From positions 15,030 through 79,029 of the forward strand of contig JAFGRO010000076.1 of NCBI GenBank assembly GCA_016935095.1: a stretch of 64,000 nt of DNA, given 5' to 3'. Under the pieces are notes generated by a model. It saw nothing but the letters and a program-made list of their open reading frames with translations, had not been told where the DNA came from and made no database searches. Origin of the DNA: Candidatus Woesearchaeota archaeon. GTDB lineage: Archaea > Nanobdellota > Nanobdellia > Woesearchaeales > GW2011-AR15. Position 1 is the first letter of the stretch, and every line of letters starts with the position of its first letter. Below are positions 29,401-39,255 of this stretch, one piece after another. The position numbers and the translations under genes are program-made.

Positions 29401-29796
29401 ATGTCAACCGGAATCTACGCATTAATAATCAAGCTTAACTCTGATAAAAATATTAAAATAGGTAAAAAAGGAATTAATTTTTTTCCTAAAGGATATTATG
29501 TTTATGTCGGTTCTGCTTTGAACAATCTGGAAAAACGCATTGCCCGGCATAAATCAAAACATAAAAAACTAAGATGGCATATAGATTATTTCCAGCAATA
29601 TGCAGAGATAATTGATGTAAAAACCATTCAGACAAATAAAAAACTGGAATGTTGGCTTAGCAAAAAAATCGAAAAAATCTCAGATAAACTTATAATGAAA
29701 GGATTCGGCTCTTCTGATTGCAGATGCAGGACACATTTGTATTATTTTGAAAAAAATCCAAGTATCGAACTAGAATTACTACTAAATAATGGTTAA
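29401..29796 (+). CDS. DUF123/GIY-YIG superfamily nuclease-fold protein
   Basis: GIYALII ... GYYVYVGSA ... RIARH ... WHIDYF motifs. Confidence 0.55.
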   Translation: MSTGIYALIIKLNSDKNIKIGKKGINFFPKGYYVYVGSALNNLEKRIARHKSKHKKLRWHIDYFQQYAEIIDVKTIQTNKKLECWLSKKIEKISDKLIMKGFGSSDCRCRTHLYYFEKNPSIELELLLNNG

Positions 29797-29854
29797 AAAA
29801 GAAAGATTTAAATACTAGATATACTTTTATTGATTCATTATGAGGTAATTTGCT

Positions 29855-30331
29855 ATGAACAACACCAAATTAGCAATGGTAGTAAGTGTTGCTGCTTATT
29901 TTCTTTTAAACAGTAGACAATCTGGAAGCCAGACATTAGAAGAACTAACTGGAATTGATCCTGAAAATTTAGAAAGATTTGATACCTGGACTGGAGAAGA
30001 TAGAAGTGAAATTACTCAAGTTATGTATAAAGATGGTTCAGAAAGACTCTATATGTCTGATGCCCTAGGGCAAAGAGTTGTTTTAGAAAGAAAGCCATTT
30101 TCTCATTCATATGAGGTTACGCCTGCTACTTTGCTTAATGAATCTTTTGAAGGACAAGGAGTGGATAGTCAAGGTTTACAATTATTTGCACAATTAGTCG
30201 GTGTAGGAAAAGCTTATGAAAAAATGAGAAAGCCACAACAGATTTATGATCAACCAAATTTCACTATATTAGATGGAGATTCCGGTCCGAGTTATAAAGG
30301 TCCTTATCCCTATGCTGCTGCAGATTGCTAA
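29855..30331 (+). CDS. Hypothetical membrane-anchored protein, compositionally atypical (Gln/Gly-rich)
   Basis: N-terminal TM. A/T-ending codon dialect that differs from neighbours. Confidence 0.35.
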   Translation: MNNTKLAMVVSVAAYFLLNSRQSGSQTLEELTGIDPENLERFDTWTGEDRSEITQVMYKDGSERLYMSDALGQRVVLERKPFSHSYEVTPATLLNESFEGQGVDSQGLQLFAQLVGVGKAYEKMRKPQQIYDQPNFTILDGDSGPSYKGPYPYAAADC

Positions 30332-30948
30332 ATTTCGTTATATACTTTTTTTATCTCTTCAATGCTTCTCAGTAAACTATACTTAGTCTCGGGATGCTCT
30401 TTTTCCAGAACATCTAAGCATTCATTTATCAGAGATTTTTCTTTTTTCTGTTTTTTATACTTAAATTTCTTAATATCAGCAAACTTCCTGCTTTCAGAAT
30501 CAGTTACATTCAATAATAGTTTAATATATAATTTTTTATCAAGTTTATAATGACCAAGATATTTTGGTTTTTTATTATTGAAAAAACAATATAAAAAATA
30601 TTCACATTCATCATCAAGATTCCATGGAATAATAATTTTATTTGCATTTGTTTTAATCTTTTTTCCAATTTTATAATGTGATTTTTTAATGCTTATTTCA
30701 CAAGGCAGATTTTTTAGTGTGCCCTTTAATAGATAAACTGAATTTTTGCTGTTGTAAGAACCATCATCAATTATCAAAATCTTATCATTTTTTTTAATTA
30801 CTCTTGTTATCCTTAATTCTTTTCTTATACGCTTCTGGATCACTTCTGTAAAACAATTTTTACAAAAATAATTTGTGCTTATTTTTATACAGGATTTTTT
30901 ATTGCATTTTAAGCATTTCATTTTGTTACTACTTTCAAATACTATCAA
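30328..30948 (-). CDS. Hypothetical protein with N-terminal Cys4 zinc ribbon
   Basis: CLKCNKKSCIKISTNYFCKNCF. The remainder resembles a degenerate PP-loop-like fold (ILIIDDGSYNS) but this is uncertain. Confidence 0.3.
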   Translation of the reverse strand: MIVFESSNKMKCLKCNKKSCIKISTNYFCKNCFTEVIQKRIRKELRITRVIKKNDKILIIDDGSYNSKNSVYLLKGTLKNLPCEISIKKSHYKIGKKIKTNANKIIIPWNLDDECEYFLYCFFNNKKPKYLGHYKLDKKLYIKLLLNVTDSESRKFADIKKFKYKKQKKEKSLINECLDVLEKEHPETKYSLLRSIEEIKKVYNEI

Positions 30949-31181
30949 AGCGAAAGATTTAAATATTAGTTATACCATTCTAAAGTAAAGACAAAAACAA
31001 AGAGGAGATTTTCTTTGTTTTACAATCACTCTTCCCAATCACCTCTTTTACACCTTAAGCCTTTAAGAAAGCCTTAAGGGAAACAAGTGCGGCATGCGCT
31101 AAAAACACGCTTAGCCCCACAATCATAATCACCTCTTTTTCCCTGGAAGCGTCTCTTCGGAGATGCTTCGAGGGTTTTAAA

Positions 31182-32882
31182 TCATCTTTTCTTTGAAATT
31201 AAAAACTTTCTTTTTATCAGGATATAACAGATTAAAAATCCCCATACAAACCCAAGGCCGAATATTATTAATTGATATTTCTCAATTATAGGAAATTCAA
31301 ATCTCTTTTGTTTAAAATAAATGTCAAGTTTGCTTAATTCAATAGCATACTCCAAGTACAATAGAGTTGAAAATTCATCTTTTTCTTTTAATGATTTTGC
31401 ATATTCATAATAGCTATAGCCAACAATCGGGAATACATTATTCTGGATTTGCCTTCCTATTATCTGTTCAGCTTCATTTAACCTGTCCTGGATTATTAAA
31501 TCCAGCTGATTTTCGCTTAACCCAAGACTGTTGAGAATAATATTGATTTCAGCTTTTGCTTTGCTTGCCTTAAACAGGCACAGGCTATATTCCTCACTGA
31601 TATAATCTGCATAAGCATATTTTACTTCCTGTTTTATATTTTCAAGTGAAAGAGGCAAATAAAGCTTGGCATATTCAATCCTTTCTTCAACCTCTGATAA
31701 CTTTTTAAGGCATGATTCTTTTATGGAGTCTTTATCAAGGTTAAATTTTTTTCCCGGCTGGTTGAAAAATAATGACCAGGAAATAGCGCTGTTTAATCTT
31801 TCTATGCCAAAAGCCAGGTTATATATGCTTGAATTAGTAAGATTTTCATTAAGGTCTTCACCCGCTTTCCTGAAATATTCTCTGGCGTCAATTATCCTTT
31901 CAGTAACAACCATGTAAGTTTCAAGATCAGTAAGCGTATTAATCTTTTTTCTTGAGATATATTCTTTGAAATCCTTTGTTGTATTATCAAAAACATAGAT
32001 TGAATCCAGGATTTCTTTTTTTGGTAAATCCTGGTTTAATAAGCTCAAATACCTGAGTTTTACATTAGCGCCAAAACAATAGCTGGCAGAGCTATAGAAT
32101 TCGCTTAATAGAAAAGATTCATTGCCTTTTATATACAATTCAAATGCTTCATTGCTTAAAGTATTATTTTCTTTTTTATCAAGCAGGCTTTCAGTTCTTT
32201 TGCAGATTTCTTCAGATATATTTTTCATCGTGTTACTATAATCTGAGCTTATTAATAATGAATAATTTTTTCCGATTTCTTTTCCAGTCAATTCAAAGAT
32301 AGCGTCTCTTAAATTTGAGATTTTTATTATTTCAACATTTGTTTCTTCAGATAGATTCTCCAGAGCAGAATCATTTATGTTTGTCCATCTGGGAATTAAT
32401 ACCCTGCTTAGATTAATATTGCCGGCAAATTCTATCTTTTCATTAATACCCCCTACAGGCCCTATTAAGCCACCTGAATTAATTGTGCCGGTTATAGATG
32501 CTTTTTCATCTAGGGGGATATTTTCCAGGACACTAATTGTTAAAACAGAGATTGCAGCACCTGCACTCGGTCCGCCGACAATTGCCGCATTTGCTCTGAT
32601 AGTGTAAAAAAAATCGTATTTAGAGCAGTCTTTTTCCAGGAAATCACAAGCTATCTCATTTGCAAATCTTGTGGACATTACTGTGTCCAGTTTGGTTAGA
32701 GGAAAAGAATCTATAAAAATCCTTCCTGAGCCCGCTTTAACCTCAAGAAAAAGATCAGCACTGCTCCCGTATTGTTTTTCATTAATTTCGGAAGTAGCCA
32801 ATATCTTCATACTCCCGGTTCTGGCCATTGCAAAAGGGGATATTAAAATAAAAGCCAGTAAAATAAAGATTATTTTTTTCAT
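31182..32882 (-). CDS. Membrane-anchored ATPase-less Lon-like (S16) serine peptidase
   Basis: S16 proteolytic-domain motif GGPSAGAA ... with a downstream Lys. N-terminal signal/TM and C-terminal TM. Start set at the internal MKKIIF (32880-32882) to avoid the extended-ORF overlap. Confidence 0.55.
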   Translation of the reverse strand: MKKIIFILLAFILISPFAMARTGSMKILATSEINEKQYGSSADLFLEVKAGSGRIFIDSFPLTKLDTVMSTRFANEIACDFLEKDCSKYDFFYTIRANAAIVGGPSAGAAISVLTISVLENIPLDEKASITGTINSGGLIGPVGGINEKIEFAGNINLSRVLIPRWTNINDSALENLSEETNVEIIKISNLRDAIFELTGKEIGKNYSLLISSDYSNTMKNISEEICKRTESLLDKKENNTLSNEAFELYIKGNESFLLSEFYSSASYCFGANVKLRYLSLLNQDLPKKEILDSIYVFDNTTKDFKEYISRKKINTLTDLETYMVVTERIIDAREYFRKAGEDLNENLTNSSIYNLAFGIERLNSAISWSLFFNQPGKKFNLDKDSIKESCLKKLSEVEERIEYAKLYLPLSLENIKQEVKYAYADYISEEYSLCLFKASKAKAEINIILNSLGLSENQLDLIIQDRLNEAEQIIGRQIQNNVFPIVGYSYYEYAKSLKEKDEFSTLLYLEYAIELSKLDIYFKQKRFEFPIIEKYQLIIFGLGFVWGFLICYILIKRKFLISKKR

Positions 32883-32910
32883 TAGTTTAAAAGTTAAAAG
32901 ATAAACACTA

Positions 32911-33501
32911 TTAAATTTTTCTCTTAAATCCATTAACCTTGTTTTCAAGAATCTTATTAAGGGATTCTTCCCTGAATTCATTAATCTCTTTCTCAAATTC
33001 CTTAATTTGATTTAAATCATCTATATAAATCCTGAATTTGTTTTTATTTAATTTCAGGCCGTTTCTTGATTCACATATGATCTCCATTTCATATTCAAGT
33101 GGCATTGACTTAATCATGCTGTCAATAAATTCAGGCTCTACATCTCTCTTTTTATACAAGCCTAATAACTTAGACTGGTTTAATATTCTCTTATATTTAC
33201 TATGTTCAGATTCTTTTGATAAGGCACTAAATTTATCAATTAAATAAAGAAGTTTTTCATTGTCAGAATAGATAGTCACTGAATCATCTTTTATAATTTC
33301 ATTATTTTTTTTATTTTCTATTTTCGGATAAATCTTCCTAATGCCAAAAGAGGAATTATACACCACATACTTTAATTCCATTGAAGGTATATTCTCAAGA
33401 AACCCGGGCTCGAATCTTATTAAGCCCTTGATATCCAATTCTTCTTCATTATCTTGTTTTTTTTGGAATTTACTGAGCATACTTTTAAAGTCGTCAAACA
33501 T
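32911..33501 (-). CDS. Hypothetical protein
   Basis: 196-aa ORF, charged/helical composition. Confidence 0.3.
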   Translation of the reverse strand: MFDDFKSMLSKFQKKQDNEEELDIKGLIRFEPGFLENIPSMELKYVVYNSSFGIRKIYPKIENKKNNEIIKDDSVTIYSDNEKLLYLIDKFSALSKESEHSKYKRILNQSKLLGLYKKRDVEPEFIDSMIKSMPLEYEMEIICESRNGLKLNKNKFRIYIDDLNQIKEFEKEINEFREESLNKILENKVNGFKRKI

Positions 33502-33529
33502 TAAATCATCACCTTGATTTAAAGAAACC

Positions 33530-35761
33530 TTATTTTTTATTATTAAAATCTTCTTTCAAAGGGCCATCTCTTAGTCTTTCAGTATATCTGCATCTTGGAA
33601 ATTCGGAGCATCCAAGAAATTGCCCGTAAACACTTTTTCTGACAACAAGAATTCCTTTTTTGCATTTAGGGCATTCTTTTTCAACTTTGCCGTTTTTTAT
33701 TTCCTCTGCTTCTTTTTTTACTTCTTTGTCGATAATTTTTTTTGTTTTGCACTTGGGATTAAAGCAGACAACCTGCTTTTTCTTGTTAATGATCTGGATT
33801 AAAGGAAAGCCGCATTTTTCACATTTTTTGTCTGTTGGTTTAATTTTGCCGTGTTCAGGAATAGAGAATATTGTTTTGCATTTCGGATATGCATCACATG
33901 CAATAAACCTCTGCTTTGTTTTTCTTGAATGTTTAACAACAAGTTTGCCTTTTTTACAATTCACGCATATGCCGATTTCAGTTGTCATTGCTTCCTTGTA
34001 CGCTTCTTTTAATTCATTACCAATTTTGGTTTCTTTTATCTTGAAATCATCTAAGATTGCTCTCAGCTCGGATTTGGCCTTGTTAATCACTGTTTCCGGC
34101 TTGATTTTCTCTTTTCTGATTTTTTCCATTTCTTCTTCAAAATAACGGGTAAGCTCTTCTTCAACAATTCTTGGAGAATGTTTTTTCAGGACTCTTATTG
34201 TATGTATTCCCAGTTCAGTTGCCTCTATTGATTTTTCCTGGACGTACTCCCTTTGATATAATGAATCAATGATCTGTGCACGTGTAGATTTAGTTCCGAG
34301 GTTGCGTTTTTCAAGTTCTTTAATTAAGGAAGCCTGTGAATATCTTTTAGGAGGTTCAGTCTCTTTGTCATGTTTGATGATATCCTTAACTTTTACTGTT
34401 TCTCCTGTATTTAATTCAGGAAATTCTTCCTCTTTTAATCTTACATATGGCTCATATAAAACATACCATCCTTTTTCTGTTGTATGAGTGCCTTTTGCAA
34501 TGAATTTCTCTGAATTTACATCTATTACAATGCTTATTGTCTCTCTTTTGGCCCAGTCTCCAAAAGTAGCAAAAAATCTTTTTACAATTAGATCATAAAT
34601 CTTTTTATTTTGAGGGTTAAACTTGAATGAATCAAAACCTGTTGGGTAAATTGCAGGGTGAGCAGGATCAGTCTTATTGCCCTCATTGGGCTTTAAATAA
34701 TTTTTTTTTGATAATATTTCCACTAATTTAAGATAATCTTTATTTTGTTTTCCCAGACTATTTAATATCTTTTTAAACCCTATCTTTGCAGGAAGTTTCT
34801 GGGAGCTTGTTCTCGGATAAGAGATTAACCCGTTTAAATAGAGCTCCTGTGCAATATCAAGTGTTCTTTTTGGAGTAAATCCAAAAAGCCTATGGGCTTC
34901 AATCTGCAATGTTGTCAAATCAAATGGAAATGGCGGAGGATGTTTAGTTTCTCTTTTTTCAATATCTTTTATAGTTCCGTCATGGCCTTTGACTTTTTTC
35001 AATACGTCTTTGCATTCTTTTTCATCCCAGAACTTATCTTTCTCATGCCATGCGTTTATATTGGATTTTTTTACTTTTCCAATTAATTCCAGCTGCCAGT
35101 ATTTTTTAGGGACAAATTTTCTGATTTCAAGTTCTTTTTCTACAATAATCTTTAATGCGGGTCCCTGCACTCTTCCTGATGACAGGGTCTTGTATATTTT
35201 TGATTTTCTTAATGCTAATGTAAGTGCCCTGCTTAAATTAATTCCGTATAACCAGTCTAATATATGCCTGGCTTCACCGGCATAAGCCTGTCCCCAGTCC
35301 AGTGATTTCTGTTTTTTGCTGTAAGATTCAATCAGATCAGGTTTTGTAAGGGTTGAGAATTTCATTCTAGAAGCGTCTTTTTGATTACATGCATATCTAA
35401 TTATATTCAATCCTATGGTTTCACCCTCAATGTCGAAATCTGTGGCAACTGTAAATGAACTAACCTCTTTACTGAGTTTTTTTATTACATTAAGATATTT
35501 CTTTGAGAAACTTGAGTTTTTATCTACTTCTGCAGTAGGTTTCCATTCAACATTGAAAGAAGGATATTTAAAAGATTTTTTTTTTTCGGCTATTGTGTAT
35601 AAATGACCAACTGCACAAGCTACAATAATATTTTTTTTATGATGTTTTAATTTATAGAATGGTACGCCACTTATATTTAATTTTCTTGGTTTATCATCTG
35701 CTAACGCATCAGCAACACGGTTACATGCACTTGGCTTTTCAGTGATTATTAATTCAGTCAT
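33530..35761 (-). CDS. topA: DNA topoisomerase I (type IA) with C-terminal zinc-ribbon repeats
   Basis: Toprim N-terminus (MTELIITEKPSA...), GYISYPRTSS-like active-site region (LISYPRTSSQKL), several C4 zinc ribbons at the C-terminus. Confidence 0.9.
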   Translation of the reverse strand: MTELIITEKPSACNRVADALADDKPRKLNISGVPFYKLKHHKKNIIVACAVGHLYTIAEKKKSFKYPSFNVEWKPTAEVDKNSSFSKKYLNVIKKLSKEVSSFTVATDFDIEGETIGLNIIRYACNQKDASRMKFSTLTKPDLIESYSKKQKSLDWGQAYAGEARHILDWLYGINLSRALTLALRKSKIYKTLSSGRVQGPALKIIVEKELEIRKFVPKKYWQLELIGKVKKSNINAWHEKDKFWDEKECKDVLKKVKGHDGTIKDIEKRETKHPPPFPFDLTTLQIEAHRLFGFTPKRTLDIAQELYLNGLISYPRTSSQKLPAKIGFKKILNSLGKQNKDYLKLVEILSKKNYLKPNEGNKTDPAHPAIYPTGFDSFKFNPQNKKIYDLIVKRFFATFGDWAKRETISIVIDVNSEKFIAKGTHTTEKGWYVLYEPYVRLKEEEFPELNTGETVKVKDIIKHDKETEPPKRYSQASLIKELEKRNLGTKSTRAQIIDSLYQREYVQEKSIEATELGIHTIRVLKKHSPRIVEEELTRYFEEEMEKIRKEKIKPETVINKAKSELRAILDDFKIKETKIGNELKEAYKEAMTTEIGICVNCKKGKLVVKHSRKTKQRFIACDAYPKCKTIFSIPEHGKIKPTDKKCEKCGFPLIQIINKKKQVVCFNPKCKTKKIIDKEVKKEAEEIKNGKVEKECPKCKKGILVVRKSVYGQFLGCSEFPRCRYTERLRDGPLKEDFNNKK

Positions 35762-36081
35762 ATTTCTTTAGGTTTTTATACAATTATAAAAAGTTTTAGG
35801 ATTTGGAAAAGGTAGTATTTTATATTTTTTTGGGTAAATCGAATTTTTTACCATATTTAGCCATGAATTTTATAATCAATTTTATTTGAAGCACTGGACA
35901 TTCTCACACAACCTATTTAAAGGTGTTTTCTAAATAAATATAAAAAAGAGAATACGCAAAACTTCCAAATTAAGTCTTTCTTTACAAAAAGAAACCCTTT
36001 TACGAAGTATTGCTTAAATTTCTCTTTTTAAAATATCCAAAGTTTGTAGAAAATAAATAAAAACTTTGGAGGTGATGAATA

Positions 36082-37194
36082 ATGTATCCTATTAATTATA
36101 TTAAATTTGAAAACCTTTTACCAAAAAAATCAAGGTTAGGATACACTCTTTATATTAATTATTTACCTGATAAGTTATTTGTTAAATATAAGGCATTAGC
36201 AAGACAAGTAGAACATATCTTTCCTAAAGAATTGATACTTGATAATAACTTTTTTACAGCGCTTGGTCTGTCTACTGGAGATGGATTAAATAATCCTTCA
36301 ATTAGAAATACACACTACAACTTTGCTAATAGTAATTTTTATTTAGTTTATATTGTATATAATTGGCTTTTAAAATACTTTAATATTAATAAAAGGTCTT
36401 TTCAGTTTCAACTATTCCAAAAAAATAAAAATTTAGATTCTATAGTAAAGATTAGGAGTTTTTTTAATATTAATACTTCAAGAATAAAAGTCTATTATTC
36501 TAATAGGTATAAGGAAGATGTTTTAGTAATACAAATATCTAATCCTATTTTTCAATTATTATACTTAAAACTTTTTGATACATTAAAGCAAGAAATTCTT
36601 AAAAATGAAAATTATAGAAGATCTTTTCTTAAAGGACTTTTTGCAGCTGAAGGTCATGTTAAACACAGTATTTATGGTACTATAGAAAATCTTTCATTTG
36701 CTTTTAATCCTCATAATGAAATCGAATTGGCTCAATTTATTTTTGAGTGCTTTAATAGAGAGGGAATTGAATTTAAAATTAATGACAGTTTGATTTATAC
36801 TTGTGGTTATAATAATATGTTAAAAACATATTTACTAGGAATAATTCAATTACATATTAAAAAGAAAAATAAATTTTTGAGATTAATTAAAAATGCTAAC
36901 TATTTTTTGCATTTTAAAAAAAATAGTTTAGATCTTTTAAGAGACAAAAGTCAGTATGAACTAGCGAAAATATTGGGTTGTTCTCAATCAGGTATAAGTA
37001 AAATGTTGAAGAAGAATTATTTAAGTTATAAAAATATAAGAAAATTAGAAAACAAAGCATTAGTTAATCCAGAAAAACTTTTTAATAAAATTGATTTCAT
37101 TACTGTGTCAACTACCCATATTAGAGATAGCAAATGTATTGATTTTTTGAAGAAGGAGATTTTTTTAAATAGATTATCTCATAATAGTGAATAA
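36082..37194 (+). mobile_element. Free-standing double-motif LAGLIDADG homing endonuclease with C-terminal HTH
   Basis: Two LAGLIDADG-type motifs (LGLSTGDGLNN and LKGLFAAEGHV). C-terminal HTH (YELAKILGCSQSGISKMLKK). Very AT-rich with an A/T-ending codon dialect. GGAGGTGA SD upstream. Confidence 0.6.
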
Positions 37195-37728
37195 AAAAGG
37201 CCCTATATTCATGAACAGGATTATGTTTAACAGAACATTAGTAACTCCGAAACTCAGATTTTTTCCGATATCATAATTAAACACAAAATGATAAAATAAG
37301 AATACAAATGTGTTTTTTATTAATGTCAGGATTGTTCCGGAAACAAATAAACTGCTCACAGGAAAAAAAGGTGTAGCTATACATACAATAATGTTACCAA
37401 TTACCATGGGTATTAAGAAAGGAGAATAATAACCGTAAAATGCAGAGCTTAAGATTGTTCCGAATACAGCAATTACCATTCCGGCTTTGATTCCATATAA
37501 AAAAGTGCATAGGACAATTCCCAGGCTGAGAATCTCTATCTCAATCGGCAGCTGGAAGTTTTTTTTATAAGCAGATAACAAGACATTACCTACAATAAAA
37601 GCCGTAACAAAAATAGCAGCCTTAATCTGGTAATAGTATAGGATAAGCAGGGGCAACGTCAATAATCCAAGCAAAATATATAAGATATATCTCTTCTTGA
37701 ATCTGAATCTGGTTTTTTTATTTTTCAT
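37174..37728 (-). CDS. Hypothetical integral membrane protein (5-6 TM)
   Basis: Hydrophobic 184-aa ORF. Confidence 0.4.
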   Translation of the reverse strand: MKNKKTRFRFKKRYILYILLGLLTLPLLILYYYQIKAAIFVTAFIVGNVLLSAYKKNFQLPIEIEILSLGIVLCTFLYGIKAGMVIAVFGTILSSAFYGYYSPFLIPMVIGNIIVCIATPFFPVSSLFVSGTILTLIKNTFVFLFYHFVFNYDIGKNLSFGVTNVLLNIILFMNIGPFLFTIMR

Positions 37729-37805
37729 ATTCTTTACATAATAAAGATAGCAGATATTTAATTTTTATGACAAGACTTATATTTTAATTTTAAATCTATT
37801 GAATT

Positions 37806-38798
37806 ATGGACCACATAATAAATAGAATAATTGAAAAGATTCATTCTGATGGAAAGGATTTTCCCTTATTAGATGGGAATTACAAAGCAGCTGAAATATC
37901 CCTCGGGAATTTTCATAAGATTCCCGCTATTAAATCAGCTAAGAAACTGATTTTTGTAGACGGTGGCAGCAGTGAACTATTTAAATCACCGAGCATTAGC
38001 TTGTTTTTCAACAGAATCTATTACACAATCTATCAGAACAATAAGAGAATAAAAAACAAAAAATACGAGTTTTATACTTTAATTTATACTTTAAATAAAA
38101 ATAATAAATTGTTTTTTAAAACAGAGCTTTTCGGGAATGAATTCGATTTTGCAGAGTTAGAATTTGATTCACAGGACAAGACCCTTTGTTTTGGAAAAAA
38201 CAGGGCAAATATCTCTGTATTGGGGGATGTAATAAGGAGATTTGCAGAATTAAAGATTGGCTCTTCAATAAAAGAAGAGGATTCAGTTTTAGTTATGGAC
38301 GGCACACTTGAATTAAAATACTCTTTTGAAGATGAATTTTTAAAAGAATTATTCAGCTCAGCTAAAATAATATGCGGATTATCAAAGACCTGCTCTTTAT
38401 TGACACAGGAAGGAGATTCACTGATTCCAAAACTTGTAAGAATTTCACCTTATGCTTCCTGGTATTATAATCCGGTTCTTACGAATAATTCGGAATTACT
38501 GCCAAATATCTACTTTGTTAAATTCAATAAAAATTCCAGTTATGTTTTCAGGTTTGATGTTCATAAAAATAAATTCATTGATGAAATACTCTCATCATTA
38601 AAAGAGAACAGCAAGGATCCTGTTTTTTTAGGATATCCCTATGGTTTGATTGAAGCAGATAAAATGGCGAGAATCTCTAATAAAGAAACTGAAAGATTAA
38701 AGATGCAGTTAAGAATAAAGCTTGGGAATAATCTGAAAAACACAGAGGATTATGCCAATACATTGAATGCACACGATGTTTTAGATAATATTGGGTAA
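37806..38798 (+). CDS. nurA: NurA-like 5'-3' nuclease (putative)
   Basis: NurA-domain-like motif order: LIFVDGGSS ... VLVMDGTLE ... GYPYGLIEADKMARI. Confidence 0.45.
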   Translation: MDHIINRIIEKIHSDGKDFPLLDGNYKAAEISLGNFHKIPAIKSAKKLIFVDGGSSELFKSPSISLFFNRIYYTIYQNNKRIKNKKYEFYTLIYTLNKNNKLFFKTELFGNEFDFAELEFDSQDKTLCFGKNRANISVLGDVIRRFAELKIGSSIKEEDSVLVMDGTLELKYSFEDEFLKELFSSAKIICGLSKTCSLLTQEGDSLIPKLVRISPYASWYYNPVLTNNSELLPNIYFVKFNKNSSYVFRFDVHKNKFIDEILSSLKENSKDPVFLGYPYGLIEADKMARISNKETERLKMQLRIKLGNNLKNTEDYANTLNAHDVLDNIG

Positions 38799-38914
38799 AA
38801 TATAAGAGTTAATTGAATTAAGGGTATTTATTTTTTATTAATTTTCTTTTAATTTTCTTTTACTTTTAATTTATCATAAATGATTTTTTTTATTTTTAAT
38901 AGTTTAGTAATTAA

Positions 38915-39050
38915 GGGAGGGTGCATGTTGCCCTGGCTGTTTAACATGATGTCCCTCAATAGCTCCCTGCGCATATTTAATCAGAAGGGGCGCTTGGGGA
39001 ACATCTGCTTTGAGATTCAGGAGAAGTTATCCAATCTCCCTAAGCCTAAA
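38915..39050 (+). repeat. Conserved ~135-nt GC-rich intergenic element, copy B of 3
   Basis: Same conserved blocks as copy A. Lies about 200 nt upstream of the PfkB kinase gene on the same strand. Confidence 0.6.
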
Positions 39051-39255
39051 TAAAAAAGTATAAATTAGAATTATTTTTGTTTGATGATTTTTTATTCTGT
39101 CCTTTTTCCAAGCCTGAAAATAAAAAATAAATACTTAATCCCTCTTTTTTTTCAAATCTAAAACTAAATTTGGAATTGAATAATATTAATATCTTTTTTC
39201 AGCAAAATTTATAAAACCAGCATATATATTTCATTCTGTAAAAAGAGGTCTTTCA

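Noticed and set aside
33620-35606. Several plus-strand ORFs (for example 33660-34145 and 34989-35285) antisense to topA
   Set aside because: Phe/Ser-rich low-complexity translations, typical of the reverse strand of an AT-rich gene. topA is unambiguous.
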